DNA of 64,000 nucleotides from Bryobacterales bacterium (GTDB lineage: Bacteria; Acidobacteriota; Terriglobia; Bryobacterales; UBA6623). The stretch is taken from assembly GCA_963422375.2 (NCBI GenBank), contig OY729428.2, positions 192,001 through 256,000 on the forward strand. Reading direction: 5' to 3'. The notes under the pieces were generated by a model that ran no database searches, had not been told where the DNA came from, and was given only the letters and a program-made list of their open reading frames with translations. Of this stretch, positions 18,621 to 29,545 are shown piece after piece. The position numbers and the translations under genes are program-made. Within the stretch, counting starts at the first letter, position 1; the number at the start of each line of letters is the position of its first letter.

Positions 18621-21600
18621 ATGAACGAAGAGTTGCGCGCGCTCCTCAAGGCGTACCGCGAGCTACCGCGTCAGACGCAGAAGGCCTTGGAGCTGCTGTC
18701 GGTGGTCTACCGTCCGATCTCGCGCAAGGAGACCTTGGAGTTGGTGAACGGCGCAGGCATCCGCAAGGGGCCCGGCACCAAGTTCACCTACGCCGACATG
18801 CGGAAGCTAGTCGACCGCCTTATGACCAGGAGGCTCGTCACCAAGAAGGGCCAGCGATTCCAATGCAATACCGACATCGCGGAGGCGATCACGCGCGAGG
18901 CGGGGCGCGCGGGGCGTCTCAAGGAATGGGTCGAGATCACCGACGTGCTGCTGCCCGGGCGGAGGGCACGCCGGAGGGCCACCTACCCCTACCACCGTTC
19001 GTGGCAGGAGTTCCTGGAGGTGATCCGCATTTCGGTCCATCTCAACGAGCCCGAGGAGTTCCAGCGGCACGCCGGGATCTGGCGGTCCGCCTACGACCTA
19101 GCGGGAGCCTGCCCGGACCCGTTCGACAGGATCTTCAACCGGCCGTTCGACGCGGCCTGGCTCGATTCGAGAGACCCGGTGATTCGAGACGCGGGCAGTG
19201 CCCGCATTGTCGAGAATGCCCTCCAGTCGCTGGCCCCCTGCCGCGAGCAGGCGGACTTCCTGAGGCAGCACCCGCACGACCGAGGGAACTATCTCGTGGC
19301 CGAGCACGATATCCTCGCGGGCAACGGCGGGGCGACCTCGATGGACCTGCCCGACGATTCCGCCTGGGGCCAAGTGCTGCGGGGATGGGCGCGCTGCATC
19401 GAAGGGCAGTGGCAGCAGGCGATCGCGCACTTCGAGGGCGCCGTCAAGATCCACAGGAAGGCCCGGGGAATCCGGCGCGCGGTCGTGCTGCCCCCGCGCT
19501 TCCAAGCGCTGCGCGTGATCGCGCTGCTGGGCACGGGCGAGATCCGGCATGCCCGCGCGGCCGGGAAGCTGGCGGACGAGGCCCGCGACGCAGTGTCGAA
19601 CGTGGCTCCTCTCTACCGGGCGCTGAAGGGCGCGACGCTGCTGCTGGCGGACGGGCCCGAGGCCGCCCGCGAGTGCGTCGCGTCCGTGATGCCCGAGACG
19701 ATCACGGATCCGCTGCTGCAGGTGTTCGCCTGCACCGCTCTGTGCTGGGTCGACCGCGACAGAGTGCGCAAGCACCGCCAAGCCCTCGCCGAGCTCGGGC
19801 GGCGGGCCGAGGGCGACGGATACGCATGGGTGGCCGCCGAGTGCCGGCGCATTCTCGAGCGCGCCGACCCCGAGGGGCGGCCCCCGACGGGCGCCTCGCA
19901 GCCGACCGAGGGATACAGGGCGCTGGTCGACGCGGTCCGCGACCAAGCCCCGTGGGAGCGCAAGCTCGCGGCGCTCGAAGGCTTGACGCTGGGCGGCAAG
20001 AAGCAGGCGGGCGCCGCAGCGGCATCCAGGCTGACGTGGCGGATCCTGCCGCACGGCGAGACTGCGACGATCGAGCCGTACGAGCAGAAGCTGAACAAGA
20101 AGGGCCTGTGGACCAAGGGGCGGTCCGTGTCTCTCAGGCGGCTTCACGACCGGTCCGACGTCGGCTGCCTTTCCGCCCAGGACTTTCGGATCTGCGCGGC
20201 CGTGGAAGCCGCCTACTGGAGCGGTCGCGCGGACTACGCGATGTCAATCGACAAGGCGATGCCGGCACTGGTGGGACATCCGCTGGTGTTCCGGGCGGAC
20301 AACCCCGAAACGAGGGTGGAGGTCATCGAAGCCGAGCCCCAGCTGCAAGTGACCGCCGAGGGCGATCAGGTTCGCATGCGGCTCGTTCCCGAGCCCGTCG
20401 AGGACCACAGGGTGCGCGTCACCGTGCAATCGAGGACCCGCGTGGCCGTCACGGTGTTCGGCCCGGAGCACAACGAGCTCTTCAGCGTGCTGGGCGCCGA
20501 CGGCATGGACGTGCCGGCGGGCTCGGAGGACCGGGTCGAGCGCGCGGTCGCGGCGGTCAGCGGCGTCGTGACGGTCCACTCCGACGTCGGCGGCGGCACC
20601 GACGCGGTCGAAGTCGCCGCCGACCCCACCCCGCTAATCCACCTGACGCCGTACGGGAACGGCCTCCGGGTGGAGCCCTTCGCGGCTCCGCTCGGGACGG
20701 ACGGCCCGCTCCTAGCGCCGGGCGAGGGGGGCAGCTCCGTCATCAGCGTTACCGGCGGGCAGCGCACGCGAGCCGCGCGCGACTTGCCGGAGGAAAAGCG
20801 CCGCATCGACTCCGCCGTGGCCTCGTGCCCCACGCTGCGCAGATCTTCCCGGGACGAGGCCGGATGGACGCTGCCCGAGCCCGACCAGTGCCTCGAACTG
20901 CTGGAGGAACTGCACGCCCTGGGCGACCGCGTCCGGGTGGGCTGGCCCGGCGGGGAGAAGCTGAGCATCCGCCACAGGGTGACCGCGGACAACCTGTACC
21001 TGAAGATCCGCCAAGGCCGGGACTGGTTCCGCATCGACGGCGAGGTCCGGCTGGACTCCGGCCTCGTCATGACCCTGAGGGAGCTGCTGGACCGCGCGGA
21101 GAAAGCGAAGAGCCGGTTCATCGAGGTCGGCAAGGACCAGTTCGTCGCGCTGTCGGGCCACTTCCTCAAGCGGGTCAGCGAGCTGGGCGCCTACGCCGAG
21201 CGGCACGGCAAGGGGCTGCGCTTCCACCCTTCGAGGACGCTGGCCCTGGAGCCGCTGGTCGAGGACGCCGGCGCGGTCGACGCCGACGAGCACTGGGCGA
21301 AGCGCCTGGAGCGGTTCCGGCGGGCGCAGGCGCACCAGCCTGAGGTGCCGTCCACCCTCCAGGCCGAGCTACGGGACTACCAGGTCGAGGGATTCCAGTG
21401 GGCGGCGCGCCTGGCGGAGTGGGGCGCCGGCGCGTGCCTCGCCGACGACATGGGACTGGGCAAGACGATCCAGGCTCTGGCGGTGGCGCTGTCCCGCGCG
21501 CCGGACGGGCCGACGCTGGTGGTCGCGCCGACATCGGTGTGCGCCAACTGGATCGAAGAGACGCGCCGGTTCGCACCCACGCTCAACGCCATCCAGTTCG

Positions 21601-22742
21601 GGCAGGGCGACCGCGAGAAGACGCTCGAGGGCCTGAAGCCCTTCGACCTGCTGGTCTGCAGCTACGGCCTGCTGCACACCGAGACCGAGGGCCTGGCGGC
21701 AATCAGCTGGGAGACGGTCGTCCTCGACGAGGCGCAGGCGATCAAGAACCGGGAAACGCTGCGGTCGCGGGCCGCGATGCGGCTGGCCGGGGGCTTCCGG
21801 ATGATCACCACCGGCACGCCTATAGAGAACCACCTCGGCGAGCTCTGGAATCTCTTCCATTTCATCAATCCCGGCCTGCTCGGCTCGGCGAAGTCGTTCG
21901 TCCAGAAGTTCGCCATGCCGATCCACCAGCAGGGCAGCCACGAGGCGAGGGGCGCGCTGAAGCGCCTGATCCAGCCGTTCATCCTGCGACGCACGAAGGC
22001 GGCCGTGCTGGAGGAGCTGCCCGCCCGCACTGAGATCACGGTGCGGGTAGAAATGGGCGCCGCCGAGCGAGCCCTGTACCACGCCGTGCGCGAGAGGGCG
22101 ATGCTGGAGCTGCACTCCACGGCCGGGGAGGGAGGAGGGGCGGCCCACCTCAGGATCCTGAAGGCGATCACGCGGCTCCGCCTGGCCTGCTGCCATCCGA
22201 GCCTGGCCATACCCGACACCGAGCTCGCCGGCGCCAAGCTCGAGGCCTTCATGGAGACGGCCGCGGAACTGATCGACAACGGGCACAAGGCGTTGGTCTT
22301 CAGCCAGTTCACGACCCACTTGGCGATCGTCCGGTCGCGGCTCGACGACGAGGGCATTCGCTACCACTACCTGGACGGCAGCACGCCGCCCAAGGCGCGC
22401 AAGCGCGAGGTCGACGCCTTCCAGGCGGGCGACGGGGACCTGTTCCTGATCAGCCTGCGGGCCGGCGGGCAGGGACTGAACCTGACCGCGGCCGACTATG
22501 TAGTCCACCTCGATCCGTGGTGGAATCCCGCCGTGGAGGACCAAGCATCGGACCGGGCCCACCGCATCGGCCAGACGAGGCCGGTGACGATCTACCGGCT
22601 CGTCATGAAGGACACGATCGAGGAGAAGATCATCGAACTGCACAGCACCAAGCGGGATCTGGCCGACGACCTGCTCGAGGGGGCGGACATGAGCGGGAAG
22701 ATGTCGGCCGAGGAGCTCCTCGCGCTCATCCGCGAGGCGTGA
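18621..22742 (+). CDS. Large SNF2-family helicase/ATPase with long helical N-terminal region
   Basis: LRDYQVEG, LADDMGLGKT, LDEAQAIKN, TGTPIENHLGELW, LVFSQF, ISLRAGGQGLNLT, DPWWNPAVEDQASDRAHRIGQ. Confidence 0.95.
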   Translation: MNEELRALLKAYRELPRQTQKALELLSVVYRPISRKETLELVNGAGIRKGPGTKFTYADMRKLVDRLMTRRLVTKKGQRFQCNTDIAEAITREAGRAGRLKEWVEITDVLLPGRRARRRATYPYHRSWQEFLEVIRISVHLNEPEEFQRHAGIWRSAYDLAGACPDPFDRIFNRPFDAAWLDSRDPVIRDAGSARIVENALQSLAPCREQADFLRQHPHDRGNYLVAEHDILAGNGGATSMDLPDDSAWGQVLRGWARCIEGQWQQAIAHFEGAVKIHRKARGIRRAVVLPPRFQALRVIALLGTGEIRHARAAGKLADEARDAVSNVAPLYRALKGATLLLADGPEAARECVASVMPETITDPLLQVFACTALCWVDRDRVRKHRQALAELGRRAEGDGYAWVAAECRRILERADPEGRPPTGASQPTEGYRALVDAVRDQAPWERKLAALEGLTLGGKKQAGAAAASRLTWRILPHGETATIEPYEQKLNKKGLWTKGRSVSLRRLHDRSDVGCLSAQDFRICAAVEAAYWSGRADYAMSIDKAMPALVGHPLVFRADNPETRVEVIEAEPQLQVTAEGDQVRMRLVPEPVEDHRVRVTVQSRTRVAVTVFGPEHNELFSVLGADGMDVPAGSEDRVERAVAAVSGVVTVHSDVGGGTDAVEVAADPTPLIHLTPYGNGLRVEPFAAPLGTDGPLLAPGEGGSSVISVTGGQRTRAARDLPEEKRRIDSAVASCPTLRRSSRDEAGWTLPEPDQCLELLEELHALGDRVRVGWPGGEKLSIRHRVTADNLYLKIRQGRDWFRIDGEVRLDSGLVMTLRELLDRAEKAKSRFIEVGKDQFVALSGHFLKRVSELGAYAERHGKGLRFHPSRTLALEPLVEDAGAVDADEHWAKRLERFRRAQAHQPEVPSTLQAELRDYQVEGFQWAARLAEWGAGACLADDMGLGKTIQALAVALSRAPDGPTLVVAPTSVCANWIEETRRFAPTLNAIQFGQGDREKTLEGLKPFDLLVCSYGLLHTETEGLAAISWETVVLDEAQAIKNRETLRSRAAMRLAGGFRMITTGTPIENHLGELWNLFHFINPGLLGSAKSFVQKFAMPIHQQGSHEARGALKRLIQPFILRRTKAAVLEELPARTEITVRVEMGAAERALYHAVRERAMLELHSTAGEGGGAAHLRILKAITRLRLACCHPSLAIPDTELAGAKLEAFMETAAELIDNGHKALVFSQFTTHLAIVRSRLDDEGIRYHYLDGSTPPKARKREVDAFQAGDGDLFLISLRAGGQGLNLTAADYVVHLDPWWNPAVEDQASDRAHRIGQTRPVTIYRLVMKDTIEEKIIELHSTKRDLADDLLEGADMSGKMSAEELLALIREA

Positions 22743-22958
22743 GGGGGAGCCGAGCGGCTCGGCCGTTCCGAGAGGCAGCGACCTTCGCGTGCTTCCATGC
22801 GAGGCATCGCCGGGATGGGGCCGCTTCGCGTCCCGCGTCCAAGCGGACCTTCCCGGCGCTCGCCCCCGGCCGTCGCAGCGCTGCGGGCCCGGGACGCACG
22901 TCCATGCACCCGCCCAGCTGCCGGACGCGGCTGGCGGCCCCGACGCTTGCGAATCCGC

Positions 22959-23843
22959 CTACGCGAACACGACGAAGGGATGGAAGGTGCGGGGCACGAC
23001 GACCCGGCCCACGCAGACCACTCGCCCGTCGGGCCCAATCGCCTTGACGACGCTGGCGTCGCCGCAGCGGCCGAAAGGGCTCACCCGGAAGTCATGCCCG
23101 TGGCGGATCCGCACCGCCTCGCCCGCATTGACGCGGTGGGCGGGGATCTCGGGCAGCAGGCGCGAGGGAGGCAGCACGGCATCCTCCAAGGCTCCGCTGT
23201 CGCGCAGCTCCTCCAGCGATTCCAAGCTGAGGGCGTCGCCGACCTTGAACTCGCCCACCTGCGTGCGACGCAATTGGTGAACGTGGGCCCCGCAGCCCAG
23301 CTCGCGGCCCAGGTCGTGCGCGAGCGAGCGGATGTAGGTGCCGGCCGAGCAGACGCAGCGGAGACTGGCCGTCGCCCCGCTCGCCTCCAGCAGCTCGAGC
23401 TCGCGGATCTCCACATCGACCGGGTCGAGGTCGACCGGCTTCCGCTCGCGAGCCAGCTTGTAGGCCCGGACGCCCTGCACCTTCTTGGCCGAAACCGGCG
23501 GCGGCACCTGGCGGATCGAGCCGCGGAACTTCGCCAGCAGGGCCTCCAGGGCGGCAGGGTCGAGCGCGACGTCCACCGGCTCCCCCAGCGGCTCGCCGTC
23601 CCTGTCGTAGGTCGACGTGTCCCAGCCGAAGCGAATCCCCGCGACGTACTCGCGCTCGTGCCCGAGGTAGAACCGCGCGAGGCGCGTGGCGCGACCCACG
23701 AGCAGCGGCAGAACGCCCGTCCCGAGCGGGTCGAGCGTCCCGACGTGCCCCACCTTCTCCCCGCCGAGCAAGCCGCGCACCGTGCGCACCGCAGCGAACG
23801 AGGTGATGCCGGCGGGCTTGTCCAAGACGATAGCCCCGTCCAT
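22959..23843 (-). CDS. truB: tRNA pseudouridine(55) synthase
   Basis: LDKPAGITS, KVGHVGTLDP, QVPPPVSAKKVQG, CSAGTYIRSLAHDLG, LRRTQVG. Confidence 0.96.
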   Translation of the reverse strand: MDGAIVLDKPAGITSFAAVRTVRGLLGGEKVGHVGTLDPLGTGVLPLLVGRATRLARFYLGHEREYVAGIRFGWDTSTYDRDGEPLGEPVDVALDPAALEALLAKFRGSIRQVPPPVSAKKVQGVRAYKLARERKPVDLDPVDVEIRELELLEASGATASLRCVCSAGTYIRSLAHDLGRELGCGAHVHQLRRTQVGEFKVGDALSLESLEELRDSGALEDAVLPPSRLLPEIPAHRVNAGEAVRIRHGHDFRVSPFGRCGDASVVKAIGPDGRVVCVGRVVVPRTFHPFVVFA

Positions 23844-23871
23844 TCGACTCATTGTAAGGACCGCCGACGCT

Positions 23872-24921
23872 TCAGCGACCGGGCCCCGACAGCAGCGCGC
23901 GGGCCACGCCGGCGACCCGCTCGGCGCTCACGCCCGCCATGCACGGATGGCCCTCGACGGGGCACTTGCGCAGCAGGCAAGGCGCGCAGGCGACCGGCTC
24001 GCGGACCACGCGCGCCCCGGGGGCGGCCGGCCCGGTCGCCCGCTCGTCGGTGGCCCCGAACACGGCCACGGTCGGAATCCCGAGCGCCGAAGCGGCGTGC
24101 ATCGAGCCCGAGTCGTTGGTCAGGTAGACGTCGCAGGTCGCGGCCAGCTGGAGGAACTCCCCCAGCGTCGTCAGGCCCGCGAGGGAACGGAACCGACGCC
24201 CTCCGAGGCGCGCCACCTCGCCGGCAAGCCGCGCCTCGGAGGAAGAACCGAACACCGCGACGGAACTGTCGCGCTGGTCCGCCAGCGCCCGGGCCGCGGC
24301 GGCGAACCGCTCCGGCAGCCAGCGCTTGGCCGAGCCGTAGGCGGCGCCGGGGCTCACGCCGATCCACGGGCCCGCGGGGAGCCCCCGCCGCGCCCACTGC
24401 AGGCCGCCCCCGCGGCGAAGGCGGGCCGCGCCTTCGAGCCGGACCCGCGCAACGGCGGGCACGCGATCAATCAGCTCGGCCCGCAGGAGGAGTTCCAAGT
24501 AGTAGTAGCACTGGTGGGCCGGAATCTCGCCCGGTCCCGGCCGGGGGATCCGGCGGGTGAGGAGCGGGCCGCGGCCGTCCCGGTCGAACCCGATGCGGTC
24601 CGGGATGCCGGCCCGCCACGCCAGCCATGCCGCGTCAAACGCATTTGGGAGCAGGATGGCCCGGTCGAACGCCATGGCGCGCAGCTCGCGCGCCATCCGC
24701 TCGCGCCCGAGCAGGCCTCCGTGCGCGCCGTCCCGGTCGTAGACCGCGAGGTCGTCGCAGAGTCCCTCCCCGCCGTAGAGTTCCGCGACCCAGGGGCGGG
24801 CGAGCACCGTCACCCGCCAGCCCGGATGAACGCGGCGGATCTCGCGGAGGGCCGGGACCGACATCACCGCGTCGCCCAGCCAGTTGGTCGCGCGCACCAG
24901 AAGACGCTGCATCGCGGGCAT
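23872..24921 (-). CDS. waaF: Lipopolysaccharide heptosyltransferase II
   Basis: VRATNWLGDAVMS, PGAAYGSAKRW, LAGLTTL, TNDSGSMH, VAVFG (GT9 family). Confidence 0.92.
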   Translation of the reverse strand: MPAMQRLLVRATNWLGDAVMSVPALREIRRVHPGWRVTVLARPWVAELYGGEGLCDDLAVYDRDGAHGGLLGRERMARELRAMAFDRAILLPNAFDAAWLAWRAGIPDRIGFDRDGRGPLLTRRIPRPGPGEIPAHQCYYYLELLLRAELIDRVPAVARVRLEGAARLRRGGGLQWARRGLPAGPWIGVSPGAAYGSAKRWLPERFAAAARALADQRDSSVAVFGSSSEARLAGEVARLGGRRFRSLAGLTTLGEFLQLAATCDVYLTNDSGSMHAASALGIPTVAVFGATDERATGPAAPGARVVREPVACAPCLLRKCPVEGHPCMAGVSAERVAGVARALLSGPGR

Positions 24922-24959
24922 CTACCAGCCTAGCCCCGCCGTCTGGCTAGAATCGTCCT

Positions 24960-26264
24960 ATGGTTCGCCTCGCGCTCGGCGCCGTCCTGCTGGCTGGCGT
25001 GCCCTACGCCCAGGAGGTGCCGCAAGCCTTCGTCGGGGCCCGCGTGGTGCCGGTCGCCGGGGCTCCCATCGAGCGGGGCGCGGTGGTGATCCACCGGGGC
25101 AAGATCGCGGCCGTGGGCGCGGCGTCCGACGTCGAGGTTCCGGACGGGGCCGAGCGGCACGACGTCACCGGCCAGGTGATCATGCCGGGATTCGTGGACA
25201 CCCACAGCCACTGCGGGAACGTCGAGGGCGGGGACGGCAGCGCGCCGATGCAGCCCGAGGTGCGCGCCTTGGACTCCATCAATGCGCGCGACGCCCGGCT
25301 GCGGAAGGCGCAGGCGGGCGGGATCACGACTGCCAACATCATGCCGGGATCGGGCCACCTGCTCAGCGGGCAGACGCTGTACGTGAAGCACCGCGAAGCG
25401 GAGACCGTCGAGGACTTGCTCGTGCATCGGGAGGACGGCTCCCTGGCGTACGGAGTCAAGATGGCGAATGGCACGAACTCGCGCAAAGATCCCCCGTTTC
25501 CGGGCACGCGGGCCAAGTCCGCGGCGATCGTGCGCGAGCAATTCGCGAGGGCCGCGGAATACCGCGACGAAGTGGCCCGCGCGGACGGCGACCCGGCGAA
25601 GCTGCCGCCTCGCGACCTCGGGCTGGAGACGCTGGTCGAGATCCTCGACGGCAAGCGCACCGTGCACTTCCACACGCACCGGCACGACGACATCGTGACG
25701 GTCCTCAGGCTGGCGGACGAATTCGGCTTCAAGGTGGTGCTGCAGCACGTGAGCGACGGCTGGCTGGTCGCGGACCGGATCGCCGCCTCGCCGCGGGTGC
25801 TGGGAGCGTCCCTGATCCTTATCGACAGCCCCGGCGGCAAGCTCGAGGCCAAGGACAACCGCTTCGAGACCGCGGCCGCGATGGACCGGGCGGGCGTCGT
25901 GACCGGCTTCCACACGGACGACCCGATCACCGACTCGAGACTTTTCAACCGCATGGCGGCGCTGGCCGTGCGGGCGGGCATGCCGCGGGAACGCGCCCTG
26001 TACGGCCTGACCATGGCGGGCGCCCGAATGCTCGAGCTGGAGGATCGCATCGGCTCGCTGGAACCGGGCAAGGACGCCGATCTGGTCCTCCTCTCCGGCG
26101 ACCCGCTGAGCGTCTACACGGAGGTGCTGCAGACTTGGGTTGACGGCCGCAGGGTCTTCGACCGCTCGAACCCTCGGGACCGGCTCTACGCCGAGGGCGG
26201 CTTCGGAGCGAGCCACGACCAGAGCAGCGCGATCCACGGCATAGCGAAGGGAGAGCACCGGTGA
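24960..26264 (+). CDS. Secreted amidohydrolase-family protein (metal ligands intact)
   Basis: Signal peptide; PGFVDTHSH, VKMANG, HFHTHRHDD, LQH, HTDDP, GSLEPGKDADLV. Confidence 0.9.
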   Translation: MVRLALGAVLLAGVPYAQEVPQAFVGARVVPVAGAPIERGAVVIHRGKIAAVGAASDVEVPDGAERHDVTGQVIMPGFVDTHSHCGNVEGGDGSAPMQPEVRALDSINARDARLRKAQAGGITTANIMPGSGHLLSGQTLYVKHREAETVEDLLVHREDGSLAYGVKMANGTNSRKDPPFPGTRAKSAAIVREQFARAAEYRDEVARADGDPAKLPPRDLGLETLVEILDGKRTVHFHTHRHDDIVTVLRLADEFGFKVVLQHVSDGWLVADRIAASPRVLGASLILIDSPGGKLEAKDNRFETAAAMDRAGVVTGFHTDDPITDSRLFNRMAALAVRAGMPRERALYGLTMAGARMLELEDRIGSLEPGKDADLVLLSGDPLSVYTEVLQTWVDGRRVFDRSNPRDRLYAEGGFGASHDQSSAIHGIAKGEHR

Positions 26265-27475
26265 GAGGGGCCCTCGCTATCGCGGCGGCTCTAGCCTGCC
26301 ACCTGCAGGCTCCGCCTGCTCCCGCCCAGGTGGCCGTGCGGGGCGAGACCGTGCATACCGCGGCGGGCGAGCCGCTGCAGGACGCCGTGGTCGTCGTGGA
26401 GAACGGCAAGATCAGCCGGGTCGGCCCGGCGGGCGAGGTGGAGATCCCGAACGGCTTCCGGACGCTGCGGGCCAAGGTGGTGACGCCCGGGCTGATCGAC
26501 GCGCGGTCGACCATCGGCCTCAGCGGCTACCTCAACCAGCCCCACGACCAGGACCAGACGGAGAGGTCGCAGCCCGTCCAGCCGGAGCTGCGGGCGATCG
26601 ACGCCTACAACCCGCGCGAGCCGCTCGTGCTCTGGGCGCGCTCGTACGGGGTAACCACGATCCACACGGGCCACGCGCCACAAGCGCTCGTGAGCGGACA
26701 GACGGCCGTCGTCAAGCTGCGAGGCGAGACGCTGGAAGAATGCGTGGTCGAGCCGCTCGCGATGGTCGCGGCCACGCTGGGGGAGGGGGCCCGGGCGAGA
26801 GGCGACAAGTCCCCGGGCACGCGGGCCAAGATGGCGGCCATGCTGCGCGGGGATCTGATCAAGGCGCGGGAGTACGCCGAGAAGCGGGCGGCGGGCGGCG
26901 AATCGGAGCCCGAGCGGGACCTGCGACTGGAGACGCTCGCGAGGGTCCTCGCCGGTGAGGTGCCCTTGCTGGTGACCGCACAGAGGGTGGCGGACATCCT
27001 CACCGCCCTGCGCATTCGCGACGAATTCGAGATCCCGATGGTGCTGGACGGAGTGGCGGAGGCCCCGCGCGTTCTGGACCGCTTGCGGGAGGCCGGCGTG
27101 CCGGTCATCGTCCATCCCACGATGATGCGCGCCAGGGGCGAGACCGAGAACCTCAGCTTCGAGAACGCCGCGCGCCTCTACGAAGCCGGCATTCCGGCGG
27201 CCATCCAAGGGGGCTTCGAATCGTACGTGCCCAAGAGCCGCTTGGTGCTCTTCGAGGCCGCTGTCGCGGCCGCCCACGGCCTCGGTTTCGAGAACGCGTT
27301 GCGCAGCATCACGATCAACGCCGCCGCGGCACTCGGCATCGACAGGAGGGTCGGTTCGATCGAGGTCGGCAAGGACGGCGACCTAGCCCTGTACGACGGC
27401 GACCCGTTCGAGTACGCGTCGCATTGCGTGGGCGTGGTGATCGACGGCGTGGTCGTCAGCGAGGAAGCCCGATGA
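26261..27475 (+). CDS. Secreted amidohydrolase-fold protein (HxH motif degenerate)
   Basis: PGLIDARST in place of DxHxH; GSIEVGKDGDL; overlaps the upstream gene by 4 nt. Confidence 0.85.
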   Translation: MRGALAIAAALACHLQAPPAPAQVAVRGETVHTAAGEPLQDAVVVVENGKISRVGPAGEVEIPNGFRTLRAKVVTPGLIDARSTIGLSGYLNQPHDQDQTERSQPVQPELRAIDAYNPREPLVLWARSYGVTTIHTGHAPQALVSGQTAVVKLRGETLEECVVEPLAMVAATLGEGARARGDKSPGTRAKMAAMLRGDLIKAREYAEKRAAGGESEPERDLRLETLARVLAGEVPLLVTAQRVADILTALRIRDEFEIPMVLDGVAEAPRVLDRLREAGVPVIVHPTMMRARGETENLSFENAARLYEAGIPAAIQGGFESYVPKSRLVLFEAAVAAAHGLGFENALRSITINAAAALGIDRRVGSIEVGKDGDLALYDGDPFEYASHCVGVVIDGVVVSEEAR

Positions 27476-28473
27476 AGCTGGTCACCTATCCCGACGTCGG
27501 GCCCGAGCGCCTGCGGAAGATTGAAGCCTCCAGCGCACCGATGCGGGTGGTGAACTGCGCGACGGAGACCCGGGCTGTCGAGGAGATCGTCGACGCGGAC
27601 GCGTTCTTCGGCAAGCTCACCCCGGAAATGCTCTCGGCCTCCAAGCGCCTGCGCTGGGTGCAGGCACCCACGGCCAGCCTGGAGCACTACGTTTTCCAAG
27701 AGCTGATTGAGCATCCCGCGCAGCTGACGAACATGCGCGGACTGTTCCACGACAACATCGCGGACCATGTCTTCGGGTGCATGCTGTGCTTCGCGCGGAA
27801 CCTGCACGTCTACATCCGCCAGCAGGAGCGGGCCGAGTGGAAGCCGTACGGAGGGACGAAGGAGGGACAGGCATTCCGCAGCGGCCCGGCCGTCACCACG
27901 AGCGTCGACCTGGCGCACACGACGCTGGCAGGCGCGACGCTGGGCGTGGTGGGGATGGGCTCCATCGGCACGGAGGTCGCGCGGCGCGGGGTGTGCTTCG
28001 GCATGCGCGTGGTCGCGGTGGACAAGAACGAGCGGCTGGCCCCCGAGGGAGTCGACGGGCCTTGGGGGACGGACTGGCTGGACGACCTGCTCGCCGAGAG
28101 CGACTACGTCGTGATCGCGGCCCCGCACACGCCCGAGACCGAGAAGCTGTTCGACCGAGCCAAGCTCGCCAAGATGAAGGCCTCAGCCGTCCTGATCAAC
28201 ATCGGGCGGGGGGTGGTCGTGGACCTGGACGCCCTTACGGCGGCACTGCGGGCGGGAGAGATCGGCGGGGCGGCGCTCGACGTGTACGAGACCGAGCCCC
28301 TTCCGGCGGACCACCCGCTGTGGGGCTTCGAGAACGTGATCCTGACTCCGCACGTCGCGGGGCATTCGCCGGCGATCGCGGAGCGCCATCTCAACGTCCT
28401 GCTCGACAACCTAGTGCGCTTCCAGCGAGGCATGCCACTCAAGAACCTTGTCCGGAAGGACCTGTGGTTCTAG
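27472..28473 (+). CDS. D-2-hydroxyacid dehydrogenase
   Basis: GVVGMGSIG, PHTPET, LINIGRG, AALDVYETEPLP, ILTPHVAG; ATG overlaps the previous TGA. Confidence 0.93.
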   Translation: MKLVTYPDVGPERLRKIEASSAPMRVVNCATETRAVEEIVDADAFFGKLTPEMLSASKRLRWVQAPTASLEHYVFQELIEHPAQLTNMRGLFHDNIADHVFGCMLCFARNLHVYIRQQERAEWKPYGGTKEGQAFRSGPAVTTSVDLAHTTLAGATLGVVGMGSIGTEVARRGVCFGMRVVAVDKNERLAPEGVDGPWGTDWLDDLLAESDYVVIAAPHTPETEKLFDRAKLAKMKASAVLINIGRGVVVDLDALTAALRAGEIGGAALDVYETEPLPADHPLWGFENVILTPHVAGHSPAIAERHLNVLLDNLVRFQRGMPLKNLVRKDLWF

Positions 28474-28907
28474 GCGGGCCGGGCCGTCCGAGGGAAGGCG
28501 ACGCGGAGCCCGCGATGAGGCCCGGCTGCGCACGTTCTACGCCGGGAAACTAGCACCGGACCGCGCCTACCTCGCCGACCGGCGCACGATCCTCAACCGC
28601 CAGCCTAGCCCTTCCGTCCCCAATCATCCGACTGAACGCTCGCGGAGAACGGCCTCGTAGGCGTCAGCAGGCACGACCGTCGAATCCGATCCGGATCCGC
28701 TACCATACCTGTGCGCGATTCCTAGGCATGTCGGACTTGGTGCGAGAGAAGCGTAGCGATTCGATGACCAAAGCCGGGACGGACGCCGTCGAGCGTGCGC
28801 GAGAGGCCTCTTCGCTGCCGCGGCTGCCGTAGAAGTGCAAGTACCAATCCTCGCGCACTATCTTCCATGCAAGAGTTGGCTCGCGAGTCTTCGCATTTCT
28901 TGCGGCG

Positions 28908-29545
28908 GTGGCTGCATGGTTGGCGCTCGGCGCAATCGCGGCGGCCCAAGGCCGTCAGGAAGTCATCGATGCGCTGTCTCGGGGCCAGCATCATCAAGCG
29001 ATTCGGCTGCTCACCGAGCAGCTCGAGCAACGCCCGCGTGATCACGCGTTGCTCACGCTTCAGGGGATCGCTCTTTCACGAGCCGGCAGGCCGCTCGAGG
29101 CCTTGGATTGGTACCGAATGGTGCTCAGTGAAGCGCCGTACCATTTGACCGCTCTGCAAGGTGCTGCGGAGATCGAGTTTCAGCACCACGACCCACATGC
29201 GCAAGCCAATTTGGAGCGAATACTCTCCCTCGATCCCGATGAACCCACCGCCCACGCCATGCTCGGCGTCCTAGCATTTGAGCGACGGGATTGTCCCACT
29301 GCGATTCAATATTTCGCGAAGGCCACACCGAATCTAGGGCAAAACAACTTGGTGCTCTGGCAATACGGACAGTGCTTGTTCCAAGTCCGTGAGGCCGAGG
29401 ATGCGGCCCAGATCTTCCGGCAGCTACTCAATCTAGACCCGACCAACGAGGCAGTACGTTTCAATTTAGCCCTGAGCCTCTTCGAGGCAAATCTCTACCC
29501 GGAGACGATCGACACGCTGACCCCTCTCGCCACCGGCGAATTGCC
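28908..29545 (+). pseudogene. Secreted TPR protein, 3'-truncated at an IS1595 remnant
   Basis: Signal-like N-terminus and several TPR units (AHAMLGVL, LWQYGQCL, VRFNLALSL) run directly into the RBS/start of the transposase at 29564. The boundary is approximate. Confidence 0.7.

Noticed and set aside
697..21343. Long alternative ORFs (697..2445+, 10073..13165+, 18038..21343+ and similar)
   Set aside because: Arg/Gly/Pro-rich or antisense shadows of real genes, expected in high-GC DNA.
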